NCBI GenBank assembly: GCA_951406725.2
Contig: OX597814.1
Span: 40,486,001-40,550,000, forward strand
Length of the DNA: 64,000 nt
From: Octopus vulgaris
Taxonomy: Eukaryota
Reading direction: 5' to 3'
Below, piece after piece: positions 12,801 to 27,312 of this stretch; positions within the stretch are counted from its first letter, which is position 1, and the number at the start of each line of letters is the position of its first letter. A program made the translations under genes and the position numbers. The notes under the pieces were generated by a model. The model worked only from the letters and a program-made list of their open reading frames with translations, was not told where the DNA came from and did not search any database.

Positions 12801-14665
12801 CATAAGAATAATACTTATTTTTATTGTTGTTGTTATTGTTGATTTCTTAGAGATACTTGAACATGTCAGTTCAAGTTTTATACTGAACTTGGCAGCAGTT
12901 CATCACTATCTTAGTATCAGTTTAGCAGTTTGCTTTGTGCTCACTTTACCATAATAAATTTTGTGATTTTTAAGTTACACAGTGTTTTTCCATCACTAGC
13001 GGAGACCTTGCATTTCTGAACATTCTCCCGTTAGTTTTGAAAATACCTTAAGAGATTGGAAATATATGAGTTTAAAGCATTTATGGTTCCCTCGTGTGAG
13101 ATCACATTTAATGTCGTTGATTCAATTCCATAATAAGTCTGTATAGGTAATTCCCATAAAATTCTGTAATAACTATTAACCATCAAAATGTCTGGTTTGA
13201 GATGATAGAAATTGTAGGTACCTTCAACATATAATTACGTCCATCTTGACTTTATCGTTAGAAAATCACCAAGAGGTATATAAGCGGTAGCTAAGTTTGT
13301 GAAAGCTGCGCTTATAACAAAGTGATAAAAATAATTTAGTTTCTTATATCTTCAGGTAAACTAAGAAGGAGAATCTTTCTAAACGTACATGTTTACAAAC
13401 AAAGTTTATTTATGCATGCTCTTGTATGAGTAGGAAATATGAACCACGAAGAGCTGCCACGCAATAATACCGGGGTTTCCTGATAGACATGGAGGATAAT
13501 GGACAATTTCCTATGGAGTCGAAGTTATATTCAATAACTCTATAATATTCAGAAATAAATAGAGACGATGTAAACTACTTATGTCTGACTTACCTGTATA
13601 TTACAATTTCTTCAACCGGCTGGGATTTGCTCACCCGCATCGGAAGTGAAAATAACTTTTCCAAGAACCGCATGAGACCATTTGGAAGCGAAGAAACACC
13701 TCACAGTAGTTCAGTTGATCAGTCTTAATGCTAAAATATTGACGGTATAAAAGTAATCATACTCAGACTAATAGTACAATAGAAAAGAAAACCAAGCTTG
13801 TAGAGAGTTAAATTTGGCCTTTTGAAACAAATATTATCTCTAGGTGATATTTGCAGGAATTGGCTATGAATCATCAAAATATTAAGTATCATCATCACAT
13901 TTGTTAAGCAAACGTCTGTTAACATCTCAAGAGGTAATTCACCATACATGCAAGTCGTGTAAACTTCAAATCTCTGCTGAAATATTACTATCACAAGTAT
14001 CATCAACAACAACGAAAATTTTCAGCAAAAAACATTTCAAATTGCATCGCAGGAAATTAACATCAGTATTGTTATGCAAAATCATTTTGAACATCATCCA
14101 CACCTTGTTTCAGATATATATATTTAAAAACATGTATTTCAAAATATTAAATTATTTTTCTCAAATATATATTCCCAGAATTCTATATATTGCATAATTT
14201 CATTTTCTTACAAAATGAAAAAAAAAAAAGAAATATTCCCTGGAGAATATTCATCCAAATATTTTTTTGAAGTAGCTATCTAAGTAATTTAACTGCAGGG
14301 TAATAAATGTTGCAGTAAACACAAACGAAACATACGAAATAAATGAAATGTGTCTCTGTTTCATTTTATTCTATATATTCCACTTGTGATTTAGGAATTA
14401 TTGCGATCTTTTTTTTTTTTTTCTTCAAGAAATATTCAACGCAAACTTTCAAATATTGTATCTGAAGATAGACCAAATGTCATAATGCATAGTTAACAGG
14501 GAAATCGTTTTAGTGATTGCACGCAAACGGGGTTCGTATTCTATTGTCTAATATACAGATTTTCTTTTATATGTGAAACGCATCTTAATTCAAAGCAACT
14601 GATCTTTGATAATAGTGTTGGAGCCAGTATTATCAAACGCTATCAAATAATTGCACATCTGACGT

Positions 14666-14748
14666 GTGATATATTATATACCATTTGTGATATATCTTAC
14701 ACCATTTGTGATATATTTTATACCATTTGTGATATATATTATACCATT
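14666..14748. repeat. 21-bp tandem repeat x4 (tgtgatatatNNNataccatt)
   Basis: Four visible units. Confidence 0.9.
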
Positions 14749-14759
14749 GAGAATGTACT

Positions 14760-14970
14760 ATTAATTTTAACACAAAGCCAGCAATTCTGGAGGCTGGGTA
14801 CGTAGAGTACATCGAATCCATTGTTCAGCTGGTATCCATTTTCCTCAACCCTGAAAATATGAAAGGCACAGTCGACATCGGCAGAATTTGAGCTAAGAAA
14901 ATGATGACGGACGAAATGTTGCTCAGCATTTTCCCCGGAGGGCTAACTATCCTGCCAACTCGCCACCTTA
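14760..14970 (-). mobile_element. tRNA-derived SINE (family of 56869-57107)
   Basis: atgaaaggcacagtcgacatcggcagaatttgagct...gacgaaatg...gccaactcgccacctta aligns by eye with the 56.9-kb copy. Confidence 0.75.
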
Positions 14971-15545
14971 TTTTTGAGAATGTAATATTACCATTCGTGA
15001 AGTATATAAATATATATATATATATATCAGGTGTCATGATTTCATTTGTTCAAGGACGAGATTATTGTGTTCAGCAATATTAATTGAAGTGTTATTATAT
15101 GAATACCTGTAATACTGGTTTATGTAAGCAGCATATTATTAATAGATTTTAGCATTTCGAGATCCACTGTTCCAGGAATATTATTTTTTTCCCTCGAAAG
15201 ATTTCAAAGTCTTATGATTTTCATATATCTTTTATCATTTACATGTTTCAGGCCTTACACTACAGCAATGTTTTCAAGGAATCGACTCCAGAACATAATT
15301 TTCTTTTTAAGTCTCGTACTTTTTGTATAGGAGTCTGTTTGTCGAACCAGTAATTTATGGAGTAGTAAAGATGACTAAAAACAAAACACATTCTCTCTAT
15401 GTTTACTTCCACTTATTATTTCTCTTGAAGAGCGTAGCCTCGAAACGCAACAGGCTTTTCCATCTTTCCAAAACGTCAAACTAATACACTTGCTTGTTGT
15501 TCCTATACTAATCTATCTTCGTAACTGCTATTCTATAAATTTGAA

Positions 15546-15598
<53 letters not shown>

Positions 15599-15702
15599 CG
15601 ACAGGCTTCTTTTAGTTTTCATTTGACATTGCACACACAAAGATATGTGTTACGAAGTTTGGCAACCAAACTTCATAGAATACAGCCACACACACACACA
15701 CA

Positions 15703-15737
<35 letters not shown>

Positions 15738-15917
15738 AACTGATAGTACAATAGATAAGTAAATTGCCATCAACCGATAGATAAATATATTGCCATCCAC
15801 TTTCCGTCGTCGTCTTGTCGACTGTTTTGAATAATTCATTTGGCAGAAAGTTGGCATTCTAATATATTGGGCCTGATCAACTTCCTTTTGGTAACTAATC
15901 AATATATATATATATAT

Positions 15918-17223
15918 AAACTTACATATGTTTCCACCAATAATTGGTTCAGGCCATGTCTAACTTAATAGCACCACCTGATAGGATTATTTGAATCCTG
16001 TTTAAGTCAAGTTTAGTTTATGGTCCATTCAAGTAGTGAGTTTTTGTTGGGTGAGTTGTATCCAATTATTGGTGGCTTATCTAGTATTCCGTGACAGAAT
16101 ATATACAGACTCCGTTTAAAGTTGATGGGATCCTTTTCCTCTTTGATCTCTTTCGCGACAATGTTAAATAGGGCAGGGCCTGTTGAGGAAAAGAAATTAT
16201 GTTGTAGTGTACATGTATGCTGTAATCTTGAAATGGGCAGGGGACGTATGGCCCGTGGTCCCAGTCTTGGATAAACCTTGAAGCTAATGTCCAGGTCGTT
16301 TGGGCAAAGTTGGCGGTATATTCTCCACATCGTACAAATGATGTACCGCTCACGGCGACGCTGGAGAGAGTAGAGTTTCAAGGCTTTAAGGTGATCCCAA
16401 TAATCGAGAGCAGCCATGCCTTCAATTCGTTTAGTGAGTGCTCTCTTGTGTGATTCAATCCTCGAGATATTTTGTCTTGTATGGGGAGAACACAATGGGC
16501 AGCAGTATTCGAGTTGTGGCCGTACAAAGGAGGGGAAAAGTGCTATGATGACACCTTGTTCTCTGAACCGGAAAGTTCTCAAGATCCAGGAACCCATCCT
16601 ACGAGCTATATCAACCTTCTTGTTGATGTGTGCACTCCAACTGAGATCGTCATCAACAATTACACCCAGGTCTCTGATATTGTTAGAGACTGTGAGCGGT
16701 TCCCCTGAACGAAGAGACTACGGCTGTTTTTGTGAGGAATTTCTTCCAAAACGCATCAGCTCAAATTTTCCCTCATTCAGTTGCATTTTGTCTCTGTCTG
16801 CCCATTGACTCACAGCATATTGATCACACTGGAGTTGAGTTCGGTCTTCTTCTTAATTGACGATTTGGTGGAGCCTAGTGTCATCAGCAAATATTTTCAC
16901 TTTGCAGTAATGTACGACACTGGAAAGTTCATTTATGTAGATTATGAAGAGTAGCGGACCCAAGTCAGTCACCTTGGGGACACCGCTGGTGACTTTTGCT
17001 GGGCTTGAGTGGACTCCATCAACTACAACATGTTGTGTTCTATTCGCCAAGAAATACTTAATCCAGTGTACAACTTTTCCACGGATTCCAACATTTGCCA
17101 ATTTTGAGAGTAGGATATTATGGTCTACCCTGTCGAACACTTTACTGAAGTCAAGATATATGACATCAGATTTCGAACCTGTTCCCAAGTTCAATGTGGT
17201 GTAAGAGCTGTGTTAGGCAGTCC
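15918..17223 (-). mobile_element. CR1-clade LINE, 5'-truncated and decayed (RT core to 3' UTR)
   Basis: ORFs 16853-17194 (DVIYLDFSKVFDRVDH...SGVP...LGPLLFIIYIN...IFADDT) and 16013-16597 (FVRPQLEYCCPL...LKLYSLQRRRER). Confidence 0.9.
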
Positions 17224-18623
17224 AAATTAATCTCACAACTATCGTTAGCACACAACTTTCTGGACGAAATTTGGGGAATTAAATTTTAGCTCAATATTTA
17301 ATATATGTGATATTACGTTTTTGATGACAACGTTTTTCTTCTTTGTGATTACACAAAATATTTGGGTGTTTTTCTTAGACATTTATGAGCAAATTATGAA
17401 ATCCGGTTAGAAAATATGTCCCTATTTGTGTTAATGAAAATATGAACGTTGTGGTACGTAGTTACATAGAGAGATTTTTGTAGTAAAAAGCAATATCGTG
17501 ACCCCTATATCGATGAGAATTTCCATCAATTACCACAGAGCAAATATCTGTTATAATGGAAGTAAATGCTCTAAGCCATTGAGGAATCCCTCCAATATCA
17601 GAGTTTCATGGCTTTTGTAACAAATTTGATAGGCAATCTTGCGTGATATTAATTTGTGCATCTGTGTTTGACTCGTATTCGGATAGCCTCTATATTTTCT
17701 CTTGTATTTATATAAATGAAACTGAATATGAAATGCAACTTTGAATGTGTGTAAAGATATTATGTATTTAGAAAAGAACAGAACGTAATATCTATATGAA
17801 AAAAGTAATCCACGATATATAATGATTTGCGCCCAATTTTCTCATCTGATGTACGTTGTACACTACATATTGCATAATATAGACTCACGTATATGCACTG
17901 TATATTATATATAGATTTTTGCTATGTCCTTCAAGCGCTTAACAACTGGAAAATCTTTACAGAATTGTATAAATGATATATTAATGGATGTTACAAGCAT
18001 ACCCACTTATTCTATAATTTTATTATCCGTGATCTTTCTTGATAGTAACTACGTATTCTGTAATAAATATTTTTAAAAATGTTTTTTTGCTATGAACTGT
18101 TCACTTACGTTGTACCAGATTAAAATAAGGGGTTGATTCCTGTACACATAGCCGACTGTACTGGGATATGAACGCATATTAAGCACACTGCTTATAAGCG
18201 TGTAGTTATTACGGTGTTTGGTCGATGTTTTCCTCAGCATGAAATATCAATATAGGTGGTCAAATTTGAGACATACATACGGGCATCTTCTCTCATTATA
18301 GACAATTCATGTTTACCCAGCATTTGGTCTTTATTCTGTCTTCTTGGCTATGGAGACTTTATTGTTAGATATGACCACGCTGGAGATTTTGACTCAGTTT
18401 TCGTCGTATTCTATTCGATACATCGTTTGTACTGTTTACTGTCTAATTTGTATAATAATACAAATGGACTGTTATTGTTCATATACATTTGTGATCTGAC
18501 AAGAAAAATAATTCATACCATAGCTCATTTGTATATTTACATATTTTCTGCATCACTTTCAATAGCATCCATGAATTTAGAATGGGATACCGCTTTTACC
18601 GTTAAAGAATTCGGGTGCGTTTG

Positions 18624-18877
18624 ATTAGTTAGTTAGTTAGTTAATTTGGCTCAAAAGCAAATAGCAAGGCCATGTAGGGGGACATTGAGTTAAGTACAGG
18701 GTGGTGTTCATGTAAAGAGTTCAGGCCACTTGAGGTCAAGGGAGGCTTTGAACAAAGCGGTCGTCGGCATCTTCACCATCTCGTCTGGCAGCTTGTTCCA
18801 CGGATCCGCAACCCGGACGGAGAAAGCTCCTCTCCTTCGATTGAGATGAAATCGTCGCAGGTAGAGCTTTTCGGAGA
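18624..18877 (-). mobile_element. CR1-type LINE 3' end with (TAAC)n tail
   Basis: KLYLRRFHLNRRRGAFSVRVADPWNKLP...FKASLD is the CR1 C-terminal motif. The tail is visible as ttagttagttagttag at 18625-18642. Confidence 0.85.
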
Positions 18878-19659
18878 TACACGAAACCCTGAGTAATTTG
18901 TCAAAGATGTTGATTATTGGCGTCAACAAAATTATAATTTAGCCAATGAAAATTAATTAAGAACTTTCCTCCACATCGATACTTTTCTATTTGGCACAAT
19001 ACCCATTATCATTTTAAAATTTAGGGTGAAAATAGGAAAGAAATTTAAATCATGCTTGAAATATTAGTAAATAATGTACTCGGTCAAAAATGTTTACCTT
19101 GAATGAACGTCGTTAAGCTCTATATACGATCAAATATACGTCTACAAAATATACTTTAAAAAATTCACAATATTTGAGCTACAATCGTCTCGAAATGTTA
19201 ATATCAATTCTTAGTAACTCATTATTTCACCTAAGATTGTTCGTAAAAATCTACGAGCATAAATAACATTCACCGTATTTTTCGGATATGTATTCGATGG
19301 AATAAACGAATTACACGATAAGACATTTGGAATACATTGTTATGATTTTATATTTAAAGAACCCTGGTAAAAACAATCTCGCCAATGATTAGCAAAATAG
19401 TGTGACAGGCAGTCCCTGCCATCACGGAAACCATGCTTGTTGGGCTTCGGCAGATTGTTGTTCTTCGAGGAAGTGAGCTTTTTCACGATTTCACCACATA
19501 TTCTAACCCTCTTGATGCGACTCTACTCTATACAGTTTTCTACCACTATCCTTCTCCAATTCCCTTTTTATACGCTTCACCGTATACTATCTGTATCTTC
19601 CTCTCTCCTCTCTCCTCTCTCTCTCTCTCTCTTCCTCTTTTTCTCACTCCCGTTTCTCA

Positions 19660-20815
19660 CGCTTGACCATCGTCCCTCTTTCATTTGCTGCACAGACGTT
19701 CTAAGGACTGGACAGCTCCTCTCTCTCTTCTATCTTTTCTTTTTTCAAAGAAAATATTTCTCTCAGCGTTCACTATTTCCCCCCTACCTCTGCTCTAACG
19801 GTCCTCTATGTTTGTTCTCGTTCGCTTTTCTTGTATGTCCTGTATATATTCCAAACTTTAACCTTCCATAAACCCAATATTTTATTTTGGTATTTATAGG
19901 AAGAGCTGTCTTCGAAAAGTCATATTGTGGTTGATTGCTCGAAATGGGGAGCAGATACACAGCCCACAACTGACGAAGTGTCAATTTTTGTGTTACTTGA
20001 CCTGCTTTCCATTTTCTCTCGTTGTTTGTGTATTTAAATCATTTATTTTCGTATTTCATGTTGTTTACAGTCCCTGACGTCCTGTACACATATATATATA
20101 TAAATTCATACATACCTAAATACAATTATCCAATACAATTAATATACACACACATATACATATATATTTTTTATACTATTATTGAATTGAACGCCACACA
20201 TTCGTTTCCAAGTAAGATTATCTTAACTATTTTAATGCGCGACACTACTTTATACTGTTTTCTTCCCCTTCTTTCACGAGTTAACTTTATCCCCGCTTCA
20301 CCATATTATATATCTCTCTCTCCATCTTTCGCTTCTTCTCCCTCCCGTCGTACACACATGACAATCATCCATCTTTCTTTTCCTCACCTGACCATCTTTT
20401 ATCCCTGCACGTACGTTCTAAGGACTTGACATCTATCTCTCTCTTCTATTTTTTCTCTTTTCATATAAGGTATTTCTCTCAGCATTCACTATTTCCCACT
20501 CCAGGTCTAACGATTCACTATGTTTGTTTTCGTTCGGTTTACTTGTATGTTTCCACTCTCCCGTTTCTATTCCCAAATTTAAACCTCCGTAAATCCAAAA
20601 GATCTTCGTATTTATGGGAACAACTGTCTTCGAAAACTCCTATTATTGTTTATTGGTGGAAATACGGAGTAGAAAAAGAGCCGACAACTGATGAAGGGCC
20701 CTTGCTTTAGTTACTTGTCCTATTTTCCATTTTTCTCCGATTGTTTTAGTATTCATCATTTGTGTTCGTAGTTCATGTTCCTAAGTGTTGGTGACATCCT
20801 GTACCCATAAATGCA
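19660..20815 (+). repeat. Two diverged direct copies (~430 bp) of a pLTR-like unit
   Basis: 19665-20090 and 20390-20815 share ctgcac..acgttctaaggact, tttctctcagc.ttcactatttccc, ctgtcttcgaaaa, acaactga.gaag and tgac.tcctgtac. Each ends at TA-rich repeats. Confidence 0.75.
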
Positions 20816-20900
20816 TAAATATATATATATATATTTATATATACATATGTAATAATATATCTATCTCTCTGTCGGTCTATCTCTCTATATCTCTCCCTAT

Positions 20901-20992
<92 letters not shown>

Positions 20993-22284
20993 TCGCACAC
21001 ATACATACATACACGCATACACAATGCACCAAGTAGCATTGAAACCGGCCAAATGCGGACCAAATATTCTGCCCTCTTTACATTCAAACCATCCAGTTTT
21101 CGACCCTTACATACACGGTACAATTTCATTCTGAAAACCAATAACCACGTCTTTGAAACTCCCAAAGGTTTAATATCTCTAAGCTATGTGATTAATGCAA
21201 GACAGTATGGATAAATAAGCATAATATTTGACAGAATAGTCTCAGCTCCGAAACTGTAATGCTTTTACCAGGTCCTTGGTTGCAAGAATGTGGAAAAGAA
21301 TGTAACCGGTTTCTGAATGAAATCGATCTGTTGCATCTCATCTTGCGTAGGGACCACACTAAATATAGCAAGTATACAGAAAATGTTTAGCGTCAGGAGT
21401 AAAGCCTTGGGCTTGAGTTACTAATGAAAAATGAGTGGTTGTACAAAAGAAATCGAAATGTAGTATGCATATTACGCATTTTTTTAGTTTTCACAGTTGG
21501 TTAGAATTAAAGGTGTTTGAAAGAAATATGTGCATTGTGTGCATCTTTAGAATTGCCAATCCTAATTCTTTGTTAAACGAAAACGACAGAAAAATATATC
21601 AGGAACTTATAGCATCATAACATGTTCCGAATGTATTGATTGATTCTTCGACTTGCTATGTAAGTTCCCAAAATAACAGAAGTGCTTTCATATATGTGTG
21701 TTTGCGTGTGTGCTTGTCTGCGTCTGTGTGTGTACGTGTGTGTGAATGTGTGCATGCGTCCGTGTGTGCGCGTGTGTATGTGTGTGTGTGAGTATGTATG
21801 GATATGTTTCAATACATAACAATAAGCAGTAAATTTAATATATGTATGAAAAAGCCTTATCTCATGCAGAACCACTGCTTACGCAGCCGATAAAATATAT
21901 CAGTTGTGTGAATTTTGTTTCGTTATCCAATACAATTAATTTTATCACTAGAATTCCATCTCTACCGATAAGTTACGAAGTCAAAATAAATTAGTTTCTG
22001 TAGGAACTTGACTCTGTGACTTCAGAAAATATATATTTTAAATATAATGCTAATGTAATTGTTTACACTGTTTCCAATTACAGAAATATCAGTGAACATT
22101 ATGGGCAAAGATGTTCAAATATGTTTTTAAAATTGAGGTAATCAGAATATTATATTATAATGAAATCAAATAATAAAATAATTACGTTTCATTGGTATTC
22201 TCAAATAACTATAATCCTATGCACTCAGATACCAATTTTTTAATATACTACTATGTTTCATCATATTTAAGTATATCTCGCTAT

Positions 22285-22500
22285 AGGTTTCAAATTTTGG
22301 CGCAGTAAAGCAAATTCGAGGGCAGGGTATATTGATTCTATCAGACCTAGTGCACAATTGTTACTTATTTTACCGATCCCGAAAGGATGAAAGGTGAACA
22401 CAACCACGGCGTAATTCGATCTCAGAAGGTAAAGATGGACAAAATGTCGCTAAGAATTTTGCACTTCACGTTTACAATTTTGCACTATCACCTCCATTAA
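22285..22500 (-). mobile_element. Degenerate tRNA-derived SINE (family of 56869-57107)
   Basis: ttttaccgatcccgaaaggatgaaagg...ggcgtaattcgatctcagaa matches the intact copy. Confidence 0.7.
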
Positions 22501-23377
22501 AAGTACATGTTAATTTTAAAAGACATCGCGTGAGTAATTTAAGAGCTGAAAACACAAATATCATACTATTCAGGCCGTCTTAAAGCATGCCTTCATTGGG
22601 CAGTTTCCCCAGGTCCCTCACTTGTCCAGGGTCCCAATTCTGCTCAATGTATATTGTGGCTTGCGGTCAATAAGAATAAAATCTATAAGGCCTCGTACAG
22701 TAATTTACCCGGGGTAATATAAGACTGCTGTGCCGGTCCACATATTCAACACAGATATTCTTAAAATCTAAATAACAAATGCACTACACTGAAAAGAGCA
22801 TCATATGGAGTACCAGTTGAACAATAGCGGTTACTCAGAAAAACGTGCCGATATCTTTTAGAAATTGCGGATGTTGCAAACTAAAGTACATCTTGCTTTT
22901 AGCACTTGTTACAGAGAAATAATAGTTGAAAGTATCCACTAAGTCATATAGAGAAAATGGGCACGCATTATGACCACAGTCAGTTATTTAAACAAACTAT
23001 AGCTTGATGAAAATAGCTACGCAGAATTATTGCATACCGAAATTAATTCTAAACAAAGAACGTTGCGAAACACTTGTAAGCATATGGAAGTCATAACTTA
23101 AATGAAAACCTTTTGCACCTCCGTAGCTGAAACAATTTATCGTTTGGACTGTCTGTATTTTCAGTCAAACGAGCATAATACATAACCTTAGATTATAAAG
23201 GACAACTACTAAAATGAAAAATTACAGGATTGCGGCATATAAAAAGCCAGTACTAGTTTTTATGAAGTAAGCAACTCTGAATAAATTAGCAACTGAGTGA
23301 TTAAAGTATATCTGTCTCGATTTCTACATACCAATTATTCTGTAACATACATATTCGTGAGTGCGTGTGTGTGTATG

Positions 23378-23420
<43 letters not shown>

Positions 23421-25210
23421 TACTTGGAAAGTTTTAAACCCACGTTTTCTGTGCATTTAAGGTGAATGTCGTTGTTGGAGTCATATAAAACTTGAATCCT
23501 GCTAATATGTTTTGCCATGAATAATTATTTATCAAGTGCAAAATTTAGTCTTTCAAAATTAACGATAAATTCAAGCTATAAATTCTGATTTGTTTACAGA
23601 AAATTATTTTGCCAAATATGTACGCAGTAATTAATGTACTTTGTTGTTTGCAATATAATAGGTTTATTTTTCGACAGGTCAAACGATAATATAGAGATAA
23701 GTGAGTAGTTTAGAAGACAAATTATTTCATACATTCTTTATCAAAATCAAATGCAAGTACGAAAATCGAGAAATAAACCCAGAAATTATGAATATCTACT
23801 TAAAGGAAATTCGTTTCTCATGCGAATGTATCTTCAATATATTACATATAAGTAGGCATTGATTCCGAAATAAGCGTTGAAGGAAATACATTTCGTTGAC
23901 AAATGCATTCACTTTCAAACGGATACATATACATATGCGTATTTACGCTGAAATACTTAAATGAAGTCAGACACAGATATACACACATAAATAAAGTACA
24001 CACACACACACATAAATAAAGTACGCACACACACAATTTCCCTACTATATATACGTGTGAGTTTGTTTGGGCGTGTATATATGTATGATTGTGACAGTGG
24101 GTGCGTGTGTATGAGCCTAAAATTAGATGTTTCTATATTATTTTGTTTCTTAACCTATTTCATATATAAACTATTTGATTTTTCAGCGTAAATCATTGAT
24201 ACGCTCTAATGTTGGGTTAAACATGTATAATTATGTTTAAAATTTATATACTCATTGTGTAAACTATGTCATTCTAAGTTTAATAAATACCGTTCATTAA
24301 TGAGGTCTCTTGAAATTCGCCGTATATCTGTATTATTTGTCTAAGAACAATTATATTTTGCTCAGAATATAACTCATTGATTCTACTGAATTATATATAA
24401 TACACATAAAATTTACATAAAACATACCATTTACAAATCTTCTCAGTAGGCATTTGCAGAAGCATCTTCAGGCGAATTACATTTTCTAATAAAATAATTT
24501 TGATGTCAGAAGATAATTACGAAGAAAATATAAGAGAAATAACTAACAGGAATATCTAATGATTTTCATCTACATCCTATAATAAAACCTTCTTTCATGA
24601 TATCCATTTTATATACAGCGTCAAGATAACCTCAAATTTGAATGAATATAGACTTAATTAAGAAAATATTTAATAGGGAATTCTTTTTCACGTCTTTATT
24701 ACTTTCCCGTGTTATAATCTGCACAATACAAAGTTGCATTTTATTTCTTTTTTTGAGCATCATAGATAAATGTAGCATTGCTTATGAAGCCCTTTAGGGC
24801 TTAATTTAAGTTTTTCTCTTGTCGAGTATATGAGTCATATAGCTTGAATATTTCTAAAAGTAAACATTGTCGTCGTGAGAGTATCTTCATCGAAATTCAC
24901 AGATCAACTAAAAAAGAAAATTCTATATAGAAATGCTCGTAAAATAAGAAAAAGGAAATCTATTCAATACTTCTAGCGTACAATGAGTTTTTTTTTTATT
25001 AATTAAGGGCCGGTAATACTAATGTAAAACTGTGAGAATGAAGAAGTTAAAGAAATGTGTGACATATGTCTAACATTTTGTGATAAAGATTGTATAGTAA
25101 TGAATATCTTAGATTAAACTTCATAGCGCATCTGAAAAGATAAATCTCCCTCTATCTTTTTCCCTAACCATTTCTCAATCCCTCTCATTATATATATATG
25201 TATATTTATG

Positions 25211-25313
<103 letters not shown>

Positions 25314-25372
25314 TATATAGAAGGAGCTTCTACAGGACTAGTACTGTTTCATTCAAGAGAAATCTTCAGGAA

Positions 25373-25471
<99 letters not shown>

Positions 25472-25586
25472 TACATACATACATTCAATGTATATATATA
25501 TACACGCACACACAAATATATATATTACTATTTTTATTATTGTTATTCTTCTTCATCATCTTCTTACTATTATTATTATTATTATC

Positions 25587-25702
<116 letters not shown>

Positions 25703-25719
25703 CGAGCTGCAGTTTTGAA

Positions 25720-26560
25720 TAAATGATAGGCCGAAACTGGACGACCGGCACTTAGAATGTCGTCAGGCGCTCAATGTCCTTTACAAGTCGGGCAACAAGA
25801 TGGTGGGTACACAACTATAGATATTTATAGAAGATTAGTAGTGGGAAAGTGCGACGGCATCCTCGGGGAAGCCATAGGCGTCGACAAAAATGTACTGGCA
25901 AGTCTATTCCGGAAGACATTCTGGTCGTGGTCTATTATGGATTACTTCCAGATTTCTTCGATCTAGCAGTGCTACCGGTTCGTACCTAACTCTAACGGCA
26001 CATGTTTGCTGTCAGACGTGCTAGTCCAAGGTGATCGCAGAGCGCCTGGTGGAGTTATGTCAAACAACAGCTGTCACGTGTAGTACAGATCCATCTGACA
26101 TCCAAGTCCATAATGCTGATTGCCCCACCGCCCTCCTTTATTCGTGTCGGCGAGTTAGATTTCTTTTCTCTGGTAGCTGGTGGATGAGGTTGAAAGGAAT
26201 GAGGACAGAAATTTTTCTCTTTGGTAAAGCCCTCATCGACTTTTTCAAGTTTCACTTGGAAAGGAAAATGAGGGTTGAGAGGCAGGCGCGTTCCTCGAGT
26301 GAATTTATAAATATGTGGGTGAAGGGTTCATGAATGGCAAGAGTGGATGATATCACTCTCAGTGTAGACCTTGAACAGAAGAAATAATTTGTAGTGGGCT
26401 CACGTCCTTCGAACTCAGGGTGATCTTGAACGATGTGGATCTTTTGTTATACCTAGAGATCCTCCTAAATCAGGTGGACCACATCACAATAAATTTTCTG
26501 TGGGTCATATGCTATGTATGATTTCTTTCTTTTATTGTATACCGTGTATACTTTATATTT
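25720..26560 (+). mobile_element. L1/Tx1-like LINE 3' remnant
   Basis: Decayed C-terminal peptides TFW...MDYFQ...QCYR and WWMRLKG...ALIDFFKFHLERKMRVER......F...WV resemble Tx1/L1 ORF2 ends (recalled family similarity). GC content is above the flanks. Confidence 0.55.
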
Positions 26561-26655
26561 CACCAATTCATTATATGTAAGTACCCACACTTTATATCTG
26601 CTTTTGTATTGTCCCCTACATCCATCGCCTTGGTGGCAAATAAAAGAATAATAAT

Positions 26656-26700
<45 letters not shown>

Positions 26701-26719
26701 CACTAATACTACTACCACT

Positions 26720-27290
26720 ACTTCAACAACAACCGCCACCATCTTTAGGATAGTGTGATCGAGTTGGTTAATATCCACTAGCGTCCATTTCAGGATAGGT
26801 GCACTATAGCGGACTACAGCAACTGCCCATTTGTTGATAGCAGTCACAACGTTCCTTGAGTTGAGTTTTGATTTCACGAGAATTTTAAGGCGCATGAAAT
26901 ATGCAGTGATGAACTTGTGTTCCCATTTCTTTATGCAAGATGTTGTCAAGCATCAGGGTCTCAAGATATTTGTACCCGTCATCATTCAGGTCTTCCATTC
27001 TCTTTCTGTTTGGAAATTATTTGCCCCTACAATTTACTCTTTTCCCCCCGCTTCAAATTAAGCAAGATACCTCCTGATACCGAATTCTATTCCTATATCC
27101 TTGATACGCATTTTACAGTCTCAACCAGCCTGTCAATTCCATGCTCTGCTTTTGCGAACAGTTTAAAGTCATCAATGGAAAGATGGTTGTTGAGACGAGG
27201 TCTAGTTTTTTTCTCAGCACATAGTGCGCATTCACTTTGTATGTGATTACTGTAATTTGGATAACGGCTATATCAAATAACAGAGATGAA
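26720..27290 (-). mobile_element. Old R4/Dong-like RT fragment (third family, C)
   Basis: KSKLNSRNVVTAINKWAVAVVRYSAPILKW parallels KTELNARNRIEAINALAIPVVTYSFNIVNW of the 60.9-kb ORF. A LNHLSIDDFKLFAK remnant lies at ~27150-27195. Confidence 0.75.
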
Positions 27291-27312
27291 CATTGTTATT
27301 ATTATTATCATT

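Noticed and set aside
13588-13732. Minus-strand exon ending CAG|GTAAGT
   Set aside because: All three frames from the nearest acceptor contain stops and no partner exons were found. It may be chance or non-coding.
14666-14748. CRISPR-like short repeats (also 10710-10818)
   Set aside because: Contiguous tandem units with no unique spacers, no cas genes and a eukaryotic context.
22570-22732. hAT-like MITE (caggccgtctta...taagactgctgtg); also a possible MITE at ~21030-21260
   Set aside because: Terminal repeats are too degenerate and no TSD can be confirmed from the sequence alone.
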